From Octopus bimaculoides (Eukaryota), in contig NC_068997.1 of the NCBI RefSeq assembly GCF_001194135.2, positions 34,367,840 through 34,404,852 on the forward strand: DNA of 37,013 nucleotides, read 5' to 3'. How positions within the stretch are numbered: position 1 is the first letter of the stretch; each line of letters starts with the position of its first letter. Below, in pieces: positions 21,474 to 32,139 of the stretch. The notes under the pieces are model-generated. The model saw nothing but the letters and a program-made list of their open reading frames with translations, did not search any database and was not told the origin of the DNA. The position numbers and the translations under genes were made by a program.

Positions 21474-22679
21474 GTATGTAGTTTGTCCGTCGATGCGACG
21501 AAGACCATCTAGTCATCCTGGTATGGGGGTGGGCTTGTTTTGTGAGTCTGCAGATGGCTAGTGAGGCCAATCTGCGCCCGAAAGAGTCTTTGATAGTGTG
21601 GACAGGGAATGGTAGTGCCTGCTACAGGGTTGTTAGCTCTGTTCTTCCTGGCTTGTCCGCAGTATTCTGCAGCAGTGATCCTATTGGTCTCGCATCTGTT
21701 GGCACCCTTGTGGACAGCTGATCGCCACCTTTCTCTGTCTAGAGCAGACTGCTCCCAAGTGTCATGGTCGATGTTGAATGCTTTCAGTGAGGCTTTCAGT
21801 GAGGCTTTCAGTATGTCCATAAAGCGCTTTTTCTGGCCGCCTTGTGAGCGCTTTCCCTTTTGCAGCTCGCCATAGAGCAATCTTTTTGGTAATCGATCGT
21901 TTGACATGCGAGCTACGTGCCCTGCCCAGCGAAGCTGAGACTGCATCAAAGTGGCATGGAAGCTGGGGAGGTTAGCATGTATTAGTACCTCGGTGTCTGG
22001 GATCCTTTCCTGCCACTTTATGCCGAGAAGTTTTCTGAGGCGTATTGTATGAAAGTGGTTCAGCTTCCTGGCATGACGCTGGTGGACCGTCCAGGACGCG
22101 CAGCCGTAAAGCGGCGTTGTGAGAACAACAGCTCGGTACATCTTGATCTTTGTCATGATGGTGATCCCCCTCCTGTTCTAGACAGCCTTGCGTAACCTGC
22201 CGAAGGCAGTGCTTACCTTGGCGAGTCTGGCGTTGATTTCGTCATCGACGACAACATTTCTAGAGAGTGTGCTGTCAAGGTAGGTGAACTTGTCCACCGC
22301 GTTCAGTCGCTGCCCGTTGATTGTGATGTTGGGTTCAACGTAGGGCTTGGTTGGAGCTGGCTGATACATTAGCTCAGTCTTTTTTGTATTGATAGTAAGG
22401 CCAAAGTTGTTGCAGGCACCACAGAACAAGTCAACGCTGTGCTGCATGTTGGACTCAGTGGCAGCATTGAGAGCGCAGTCATCGGCGAACAGGAGGTCGT
22501 TGACGGCGTCTACTGAAACCTTGGCTTTCGCTTTGAGCCTCTCGAGATTGAACACTGAACCGTCGGACCGGTACTTGATGATGATGCCTATATCTGTGTC
22601 CCTGAAAGCATCTGTCATCATGGCTGAGAACGTAAGGCTGAACAAGGTGGGATCAAAGACACATCCTTGTGTCACTCCG
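21474..22679 (-). mobile_element. 5'-truncated RTE-clade LINE (RT C-half, C-terminal zinc motif, 3' UTR) with 11-bp TSD
   Basis: NGVTQGCV...DLLFADDCAL...FGLTINTKKT...QLRWAGHVARM...CPHYQRLFRAQIGLTSH. Only one in-frame stop seen. TSD TTTGTACCGAT (21463-21473) / TTTGTACTGAT (22680-22690). Confidence 0.93.
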
Positions 22680-22999
22680 TTTGTACTGATACCTTTATAG
22701 CAACAGTTTTAACCAACAATATTCTGATAAATGATATAATTAACCATTATTGGACACCATAATACCTATCCAGACAACTTATGTTTTCTATACGTGTATA
22801 TATTGCATAAAGCAAAACCAAGAAAGACGTTGCATAGAAAGTGTAGGCAAGCTATTGACAATAAAAAGAAGCTGCCCCAAAAATAAAAAAGACAAAAAAC
22901 CCAAAGAATCAGAGGAAGAGAGAAGAAAGAAATGGAAAAGATGGACAGTCGGCGCTACGATAACCTTAATAAGGACAATAACATGTTAGGGGAAAAGCT

Positions 23000-23260
23000 A
23001 TAGCTAAATTTATATTTGATTAATGGTTATGCAATGGAACATTTATATGAACGCATGTTTGAGGGCGACATTGTTAGTAGAAGAGGACTTTATCACACCA
23101 TTCTGCCGTTCATTTTGACGCGCTTACAATTTCCGTTTCGACTGATTGTCACAATGTCAATGAATAAGTCTCAAACATTTATTAAAATGTATTTTTCAAA
23201 TTGATCTATTCTCGCACGGACAATTTGTGCGTTCGTATGTGTAGGGGTAAAACGGAAACG
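23000..23260 (+). mobile_element. Helitron Rep/Helicase (PIF1-like) C-terminal remnant
   Basis: NG(L)CNGT, LPFILTRLQFPFRLIVTMSMNKSQ and FSHGQ correspond to the Helitron helicase motifs NGLCNGT, QFPVRLAFAMTINKSQG and FSHGQLYVA. Confidence 0.75.
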
Positions 23261-23337
23261 GACTACATTTTCATAATGCCAAGACAATAACGAAACAAAT
23301 CTTCATTTCTTAGATCATCCCCTTCCCATTCGGTATA

Positions 23338-23543
23338 CTAAGGATGCTGAGAAGTTCCTGACTTAAAAGGTATCATGAAAGGCTTGGCTGAAGGCCTTCC
23401 GAGTTCTTTTACAGGGCTAAGAGAAACTGAAAGACTGCTACTATAAGTGTGTGAATGTGAGAAGGCAATACATTGAATAAAATCATAACCGATCCTCCTG
23501 TATTTTATTAATCCAAAGCCAGGAACTTTTCAGTACCCCCTCG
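23338..23543. mobile_element. Mariner-derived MITE with TA target duplication
   Basis: Right TIR (reverse complement) CGAGGGGGTACTGAAAAGTTCCTGGCTTT and degenerate left TIR CTAAGGATGCTGAGAAGTTCCTGACTT, with TA on both sides. Internal KCVNVRRQYIE* matches a mariner transposase C-terminus. Confidence 0.8.
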
Positions 23544-23885
23544 TAGGCTACAAATACCGCCAGGTGTTTATTCCCCGTCTTCCGATGTGAAGATGGTTTC
23601 CATAAAGCAAGAATCTATTATGTGTGATATATTGAATACCTTTATCCGTCCTTGTTGCCCAAATTCATTCCATTGATCCCTCTGAGTTCTTATTTTTCTT
23701 AATATTAATCCTTTTGAGGACAATGAAATAGCATTAGGGGCTTCTACAGATTACGTTAAACAAATTCATTCACTAAGTATTGATTGGTCTGTTGAAAACG
23801 CCGGCTCATGATGTCATGCAGTGGGAAATAAAGACGGGAGCACATGGTTGCACAAGCAAACTTCTTAAACATGCAGCCATGCTTC

Positions 23886-23887
<2 letters not shown>

Positions 23888-23972
<85 letters not shown>
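23888..23972. repeat. (GT)n microsatellite
   Basis: Directly visible, near-perfect. Confidence 0.97.
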
Positions 23973-23973
<1 letters not shown>

Positions 23974-24032
23974 GTGAATATTACGCACATCACAGTAGGA
24001 AGCAGAAAGACTGGAATAAATTCGAATGCCTA

Positions 24033-24215
24033 AAGGCGGCGAGCTGGAAGAATCATTAGCACGCCGGGCAAAATGCTTAGCGGCGTTTCGTTCGTATTCA
24101 CGTTCTGATTTTAACTTCCGCTGATGTCGACTTGGCCTTTCATCCTTTTAGGAAGTACCAGCTGATCACCGGGGTCGATGTAATAGACTTACCCCCCGCT
24201 TCCGAAATTACTGAA
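24033..24215 (+). mobile_element. tRNA-derived SINE (family A)
   Basis: AAGGCGGCGAGCTGGAAGAATCATTAGCACGCCGGGCAAAATGCTTAGCGG aligns with the other family A copies; small internal deletion. Confidence 0.85.
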
Positions 24216-24499
24216 AGCCTAGATGTGAAAGAAATATACTAATGTAAACATGTTTCTTCTAAGTTTTAGATGTGCGGAAAAAAAAGAACGGGGGTGAAAG
24301 TCTCCTCAGAAAAGATGGCTCGTTCATTGCCTTAGTGGTGTACCTGCTTTACAAAGCAACTGAATATTCTATTCTATTTGTTGCTGAAAGACATCGAATG
24401 TGTCTCCTCTGGGACAACCCATTTTTTAAAGCAGAGAAGAAATGCATTATTTACATTCATATATTTCTATCATAGCTAGGTAAATATGTGGGAGTGAGA

Positions 24500-24612
24500 G
24501 AGAGAGAGAATGAGAAATGTGTGTGTGTGTATATATAATGTATATATATATAGAGAGAGATACGTATTAAGTGTATATATGTGTGTTATGTATATATATG
24601 TACATATATGTG

Positions 24613-24688
<76 letters not shown>

Positions 24689-24845
24689 TAGATAGATAGA
24701 TAGATAGATATACATACATACATGCATACATACATACATACATGCATACATACATACATACACACATACATATATGCATAGATAAAACACGCGTGCAAAG
24801 AGAGAGACATACACATAGATGTTTAGATACATACATAAATATATA
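24500..24845. repeat. Compound (GA)/(GT)/(ATCT)n/(AT)n/(ATAG)n/(ATAC)n microsatellite
   Basis: Directly visible. (ATCT)n-(AT)n-(AGAT)n forms an imperfect palindrome. Confidence 0.9.
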
Positions 24846-25649
24846 GATAATTGATAGAGCCAAATCAATCCGCCCAATTTATATCCTCTCCCTTTCTTCT
24901 GTCTTCTGTCCATTAAAATAGATAAATTTAGTTAAATAAATAACAAATGATTAAAGCTACAACATCCACGCCCTCCACGGAACCCTCGCGGCGTCTTTAT
25001 CTAAACTCATCCCGTATAAAAGATGGCGGCATAAATAGTAACAACGAAACTTTTAATAGCAATTAATAACCACAATAAGAATAGTAAATACAATAACAAC
25101 ATGAACAAGAACGGTGAATATGCGAAAGGTAAGCTTAAAAGTATATATAGTGTGTGCACAGACCGATTACTTCGTCAATGGGGTAGGATTTTCAAAACAG
25201 ACGCCGTTTCATTGCTTTACGTGTGGAGATAAGAGATGCCCACCACTGACAGCTAGCACCCAACATCTCTATAATAAGCAGCCGTTTGACCAGTCGAAAT
25301 AAAACAACTAAATGAAAAGTAAAATGTCCTAATGTTAAATTTCGAAGGTAATTATAGAGCGTGTTTCTCTTTTTGTTAAATTGTTATGCTTGTTAAATGG
25401 GATCGAGAGAATGTGGTGAATGTCTGTCTTTTACTGCCACTCAGCTGCCCTCACCTGCTGAGCTGAAAGGGCTCCTGTCTATATCTCTGTCAGTTAAGTC
25501 CCGACTGTATTCACGCCCTTGCATTGAATTTTCAATGTGATTGGATTCTTTCTGACTATGTATATGTGTATGTACGTATGTATAAATGAATGCATGTGTG
25601 TATGTAATTACGGATATCCGTATATATGTATATATACAGAGGTACGTAT

Positions 25650-25706
<57 letters not shown>

Positions 25707-26024
25707 AATATATATATATAATGCATATTAGTATTATATACATATACATGTTAGTTTGCAATTATGTATGTATGTATTTATGCGTGAATGTACGTACGCA
25801 TGTATATGGGTTTGTATATTATATACGACTGGTCAATTTCGAACCTTGACGAAGACCCTTCACACAGGCAGAGCGAGAAAATAGATATTCATCTGTTTAC
25901 AATTCTAATTCTAATCTATCAACGTGAAACGTACTTAATCGCTATATAACAAACCCTACACTCATATACATACATTTATCAATGAAAATGTTTGTGTTCG
26001 GGCACATGTATGCACATATGTATA

Positions 26025-26062
<38 letters not shown>

Positions 26063-27157
26063 TGTGCGTGTGTGTGTGTTTTTCTTGAAATAGGAGAGAC
26101 ATTAAACAGATGGGCCAGACACACAACAGACGTTGCTGGCCTTTAAATCTACACCTATCAATTACCGATGGCTGATTCTCGAAACTCAAAGCGTAAATCA
26201 AAGAATAAACAACTAAACAAACATATATACCTAAACGTGTATATACACGCACATACATACACATCACAATTTATTAAACTTAGGTGTGGATTCAATTTAC
26301 ACTCCACACGTACACCTCATATTCTAGGCATGTATAAAACACAAACCACTACTTACATATGTGACACTAATACATCCACAAGATATTCCCAAGTTAAGAC
26401 CACCCAACAGATAAATGCTGCATCATACCTTGATATGAATGCTATTAACTATGCACACTTGTGCGAAATGTTTACTATGTCAATGTTTTGTTGGTTGTGT
26501 GGGTTTGCACAAGGTTTTAAAATATATTAAATGAAAACTAGACTAAATCTGTTTACTAGATCATATTTACATATCTAAAACATTATTATTGCTGCAGATT
26601 GAACATTGTGGTAATGACCACTAGATCGCTACTGAGATATCTTAGTTTTCTACAGATGTAATGTTTGCAAATAAATCGAATTAACCGGACTGACACGACT
26701 TTACGTGTCAGAAACTGCAACCATTCTGTTATGAACTTGGGTGAATTCTAAGGTTAATTCCACTCCAATACTACCGAGATTACGGACCTACGTAAGTGTT
26801 TCTAACTGCGCTCGGTCAAGTATTAAGATATACCTATTTTAAATCCTACTCAAATACCTTACGAAAAGTACATTGTGTCATGGATATTAAAAATGGACAG
26901 GATGGTTATATTTAGAATATGTTTCATCATATGGCTAATCGATTCAGCGCGCGCATGTGTGCATATATGTATATGTGTGTGTGTGTGTTTGTGAGTGTGT
27001 GTGTATGTATAATGTTTTGGACTAATAGATATAAGTCGATTAGTGTGTTACTTGTGCAGTTTAGGCTATCTGTTGTCATCTGCAGTCGTGGTATATTTCC
27101 AATGGATAGACTTCAGGAGCTCTGCAGTGTCAGATGAGGGTAATTATATTAATTAGG

Positions 27158-27330
27158 TAACGAGAAGATGGATTTGGTATTAAACTTTATTCTGTATAAC
27201 GTTCGTTTTGACCCGTCCTGCTATTGTTCTTTCTGTGTTGGACTCTGTTCAACATGTTGTGCTGTGTCCATTTTGCCGTCTGACTCTCATCAGGTACATC
27301 CATAAAGTTGTGTCTCACAAAAGATCTTGA
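27158..27330 (-). ncRNA. ~175-bp dispersed repeat, copy 2, with type I hammerhead ribozyme architecture (partly decayed)
   Basis: Minus strand CTTTAT.GGA.TGTAC-CTGATGA-GAGTC-[~65 nt]-GGGTC-AAAAC-GAAC-GTT-ATACA..ATAAAG. Homologous to 15970-16146. Confidence 0.7.
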
Positions 27331-27567
27331 GTGTCGGCTGCCGTGTTGTTATATGCCTGTCTAGTTAGGGAATGAATAAAATGCAAACAAGACTGCAGAA
27401 ACGCAGAAATTCAAATATGAACATGGAAAACTTGCATTCCTGTTTTGATGAAATGACATAAACAGCTTTCGCTTTCATAACTGCTTAGAGGAAAAAGAAA
27501 GTAAAAGAAAGAAAAAAAAAGGAAAAACAGGAAAACGAATACTTAGTAGTAAAGATTATTTGCGAAC

Positions 27568-27763
27568 ATAACATGGCAGTCCTGTTTTAGGACGAATGTT
27601 GCTGAAATTTAGCCCCAGGAGACATCGTCTCCAGCTGGCTATACGACACGATCTTTTTCTTTTTATTTTCGAACACAGATCGTGTCGTATAGCCAGCTGG
27701 AGACGATGTCTCCTGGGGCTAACTTACAGCAGCATTCGTCCTAAACTAGGACTGCCGTGTTAT
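27568..27763. mobile_element. Short foldback MITE (~87-bp arms, ~22-bp spacer) related to the 6805-7333 element
   Basis: ATAACATGGCAGTCCTGTTTTAGGACGAATG...GACACGATCT / AGATCGTGTC...CATTCGTCCTAAACTAGGACTGCCGTGTTAT, with TA at both ends. Confidence 0.88.
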
Positions 27764-28054
27764 ATTGGCAAAAAATCTTTACTACAAAGTACTGTTGCTG
27801 AATATCTCTCGTTGTGAAATTTAAAAATAGTAATTTTCCAAACGAATACTTAGTCAAACAGTTTTATATACACACATATACATAGAGACACGCGCGCGCG
27901 CACACACATACACATGCAAAGACACGTATATATGTCACACACGTTCATAGATACACTCTCGCACATCACACACTTGTTTCTCTCTCTATATATAATATAA
28001 ATAATATATATATATGCATATATACACACGTATATGTACATACTTACATCTATC

Positions 28055-28086
<32 letters not shown>

Positions 28087-28799
28087 NNNNNNNNNNNNNN
28101 NNNNNNNNNNNNNNNNNNNNNNNNNNNNNNNNNNNNNNNNNNNNNNNNNNNNNNNNNNNNNNNNNNNNNNNNNNNNNNNNNNNNNNNNNNNNNNNNNNNN
28201 NNNNNNNNNNNNNNNNNNNNNNNNNNNNNNNNNNNNNNNNNNNNNNNNNNNNNNNNNNNNNNNNNNNNNNNNNNNNNNNNNNNNNNNNNNNNNNNNNNNN
28301 NNNNNNNNNNNNNNNNNNNNNNNNNNNNNNNNNNNNNNNNNNNNNNNNNNNNNNNNNNNNNNNNNNNNNNNNNNNNNNNNNNNNNNNNNNNNNNNNNNNN
28401 NNNNNNNNNNNNNNNNNNNNNNNNNNNNNNNNNNNNNNNNNNNNNNNNNNNNNNNNNNNNNNNNNNNNNNNNNNNNNNNNNNNNNNNNNNNNNNNNNNNN
28501 NNNNNNNNNNNNNNNNNNNNNNNNNNNNNNNNNNNNNNNNNNNNNNNNNNNNNNNNNNNNNNNNNNNNNNNNNNNNNNNNNNNNNNNNNNNNNNNNNNNN
28601 NNNNNNNNNNNNNNNNNNNNNNNNNNNNNNNNNNNNNNNNNNNNNNNNNNNNNNNNNNNNNNNNNNNNNNNNNNNNNNNNNNNNNNNNNNNNNNNNNNNN
28701 NNNNNNNNNNNNNNNNNNNNNNNNNNNNNNNNNNNNNNNNNNNNNNNNNNNNNNNNNNNNNNNNNNNNNNNNNNNNNNNNNNNNNNNNNNNNNNNAGTA

Positions 28800-29065
28800 C
28801 GAGTACATGGAATATGAAATATATTTTTGAACAACGAAAAACACAGATGGAAAACAAGACAAGCAAAATAAAGAACGACCCTTCATTAGTTGTTGGCTGT
28901 TTTTCTTCTCTCGTATTTCGAGCATTTAACAACAATATACGCTTTCGATCTTGGACAGGAGACAGACAAGAACACGTCTTCCTTGTTCCAGCTACAACGG
29001 AAAGAAATAAACATAAGTTAGGAGAAGAAAGAAACATGGCCGATGGTCACGTGGGAGCCACGTGA
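28800..29065 (-). mobile_element. Putative Penelope-like 3' terminal repeat remnant
   Basis: On the same strand and downstream of the GIY-YIG remnant. CGAAA...CTAATGAAGGG motifs and a T-rich tail ending CATGTAC, as at 16270-16505. Confidence 0.4.
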
Positions 29066-29224
29066 GCAAGGGAGGAAGAGTGAATAAGAGAGAATGACAG
29101 AGAAATAGGATAGAATAGTGGGAGAAGAGGAAGTAAAAGAATAAGAGAGAGAAAGAGAAGAACGAAAGAGTAAAAAGATCGTACAGAGTGCGCATCAGAA
29201 TTATTATTATTATTACTATATATA

Positions 29225-29560
29225 AGTGACATACTTGTCTGTCATATATAGTTGTATCCACAACCTGAATAAATTAAAACATAAATTAAATTCTCGGCTG
29301 CAGAAGTGAAGTTGTTCTTAATTGTGAACCTCTCTCCATGTTTGAATTGAAATCCCGAGCCTTCCAGTGGGTTGGGCATGTTCCACAGTTTGGACGTCCA
29401 CATTTTTTAACCATTGGTTTCGTGGAATGTTGTGTATAGCTTTGCATTTGTCAGTGGTCTTTTCAGCGATTTGGGTTGCTTTTTACATTTGATGAATGTA
29501 TTTGTTTTAAAAATGTAGTTCATTTTCGTGTCCCTAGTAAGAATCGGTAGATATTGTTCA
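29225..29560 (-). mobile_element. Penelope-like element GIY-YIG endonuclease remnant
   Basis: Minus strand KCGRPNCGTCP / LEGSGFQFKHGERFTIKNNFTSAAENLIYV / SGCGYNYI*QTSMSL: Cys cluster, IY motif and YI(G)QT motif, with frameshifts. Confidence 0.8.
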
Positions 29561-29686
29561 ATGGTGTTGCATGACTCACTGCAATGGTGTTGTATGCCGC
29601 ACTTGCAATAAAAGGCAAAAAAATAGCATATATATATATAATTTTATATATATATATATATATAATTTTTTATATATATATATATT

Positions 29687-29940
29687 ATTTCGTTTCTTTG
29701 CTTTAGCCATTAAACTGCAGCCATGCTGGGATACCACCTTGAATTTTTCTTTCTTCTGTTTTAGTGGAATTAAAGGAGCCCAGTACGTATCTATTAATTT
29801 TTTTAAAGCCCAGTACTCTTTCTATCGGTCTCTTTGCCGAATCGCTAAGTTACGAGGATGTAAATACACCAACACCAGTTGTCAAGCGTTGTTGGGAGGA
29901 CAAGCACAAAGACAAAGACACAAACACGCATACACACACG
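29687..29940 (-). mobile_element. CORE-type SINE (family B), 3' half; the head is probably in the adjacent gap
   Basis: CTATCGGTCTCTTTGCCGAATCGCTAAGTTACG and ...CTGCAGCCATGCTGGG align with 34386-34553. Confidence 0.75.
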
Positions 29941-30941
29941 CACACATACACACGTATATTGTATGTATGCGTATGTATGTATGTATGTATGTATGTATGT
30001 ATGTATGTATGTATGTATATATGTATGCATATATGTATGTATGTATTATGTATTATGTATGTATGTATCTATCTATCTATCTATATNNNNNNNNNNNNNN
30101 NNNNNNNNNNNNNNNNNNNNNNNNNNNNNNNNNNNNNNNNNNNNNNNNNNNNNNNNNNNNNNNNNNNNNNNNNNNNNNNNNNNNNNNNNNNNNNNNNNNN
30201 NNNNNNNNNNNNNNNNNNNNNNNNNNNNNNNNNNNNNNNNNNNNNNNNNNNNNNNNNNNNNNNNNNNNNNNNNNNNNNNNNNNNNNNNNNNNNNNNNNNN
30301 NNNNNNNNNNNNNNNNNNNNNNNNNNNNNNNNNNNNNNNNNNNNNNNNNNNNNNNNNNNNNNNNNNNNNNNNNNNNNNNNNNNNNNNNNNNNNNNNNNNN
30401 NNNNNNNNNNNNNNNNNNNNNNNNNNNNNNNNNNNNNNNNNNNNNNNNNNNNNNNNNNNNNNNNNNNNNNNNNNNNNNNNNNNNNNNNNNNNNNNNNNNN
30501 NNNNNNNNNNNNNNNNNNNNNNNNNNNNNNNNNNNNNNNNNNNNNNNNNNNNNNNNNNNNNNNNNNNNNNNNNNNNNNNNNNNNNNNNNNNNNNNNNNNN
30601 NNNNNNNNNNNNNNNNNNNNNNNNNNNNNNNNNNNNNNNNNNNNNNNNNNNNNNNNNNNNNNNNNNNNNNNNNNNNNNNNNNNNNNNNNNNNNNNNNNNN
30701 NNNNNNNNNNNNNNNNNNNNNNNNNNNNNNNNNNNNNNNNNNNNNNNNNNNNNNNNNNNNNNNNNNNNNNNNNNNNNNNNNNNNNNNNNNNNNNNNNNNN
30801 NNNNNNNNNNNNNNNNNNNNNNNNNNNNNNNNNNNNNNNNNNNNNNNNNNNNNNNNNNNNNNNNNNNNNNNNNNNNNNNNNNNNNNNNNNNNNNNNNNNN
30901 NNNNNNNNNNNNNNNNNNNNNNNNNNNNNNNNNNNNNNNNN

Positions 30942-30977
<36 letters not shown>

Positions 30978-31081
30978 TGTGACTGTGTGTATACATAAAT
31001 ATATAAATGTATAGGTATGTAAATACACACGCTTATGCAGAAACGTACACACACACATATTTGAATAATGAGATAGAAAAT

Positions 31082-31270
31082 ACGAGAAAGTTTCTTGATC
31101 ACTACAGTTGTTTCGACTTATCTAGCGTCGATCCAACACGCGTGGAATACTGAACATTTGTAATCACCCGAGGAGACACATCTACACCGACGGATACACC
31201 TAAACCAAATGTTCAGTATCCCACCCGTGAGGGATCGAAACAATTGTAGTGATTAATAACACTTTCTCGT
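31082..31270. mobile_element. Foldback MITE, unrelated to the 6.8/27.6 kb family
   Basis: ACGAGAAAGT..ATCACTACAGTTGTTTCGA..GGAATACTGAACATTTG / CAAATGTTCAGTATCCC..TCGAAACAATTGTAGTGAT..ACTTTCTCGT. Confidence 0.75.
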
Positions 31271-31815
31271 CTCTTCCATCTTCCGTCTCAATGATCTCTG
31301 AGAAACTGAAGGTGCTTTACTGAAATTTATTTAAGAAAAATTATTTAAGAATGATTCCTGGATTACCATTCATGCAGGAAGTGCAAATGATTGTCTTAAC
31401 TGGTACGTCACACAGTGAGAAGAGCATTGTCACTGTGAATTTTCTTTCTTTTTTTTTTGCCCTTTCTGTTCTTTGTTTAATTTTATACATTTTATTTTTG
31501 CCTTTTTCCCTCTGTCTTTCTTCGCCTTTCTGTCTATCACATGAATTTGTAAATGAACAATCTGGTGTGTTTATTTTAATGGCCTACAAATATATATAAT
31601 TCGTTTCTCTGCCCAAAGTGTCAGGAAGACACTCGTCAAGAAAAGGAAACAGAACTGAAAGATGATAATGTAAGTGGTGAAAANNNNNNNNNNATAAAAT
31701 AATAATAATAATAATAATAATAACAACAATAATAATTAATGGAATCCATAACAAAACCAACCGAAAGAACGGCGGACGGATAATCATAAATACAATAAAA
31801 TAGTTGATTTATGTG

Positions 31816-31849
<34 letters not shown>

Positions 31850-32139
31850 TACTATACAATAACCCTTCAAAACCATACAAGAGTAAACTCATACTGCAAA
31901 TTACCGAAAAAATAAACAAAACCCACAACATGTGCCATAGAAAGCCAACACCCGACGGAAGAACACAACCTACGCTGCACAAACAACACACAATATAAAA
32001 ACTAATACAACAGAAGACTCAAATCAAACCCCATAACAAAACGTACTAATACAATACAATATCTCCTCCCATCAAAAAACAAATGTAGAACACACCAACC
32101 CGCCAGCACAAAAGTGCAACAAATAATGCAATAGAAAGT

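Noticed and set aside
26689-26711. 8-bp hairpin CTGACACG/CGTGTCAG
   Set aside because: An isolated short stem is expected by chance in 37 kb.
821-31102. Long ORFs in the track (200-475 aa) and YI/HT/CV/MYVC-rich ORFs
   Set aside because: They are artefacts of N-gaps and microsatellites, not proteins.
31625-31669. Possible 45-nt exon EDTRQEKETELKDDN with GTAAGT donor (similar weak candidates at ~1908, ~23721 and ~31350)
   Set aside because: Short, weaker acceptors, no homology; cannot be distinguished from chance without RNA data.
31860-32130. Strongly A/C-skewed stretch upstream of LINE B
   Set aside because: No recognisable motif in any frame; left unclassified.
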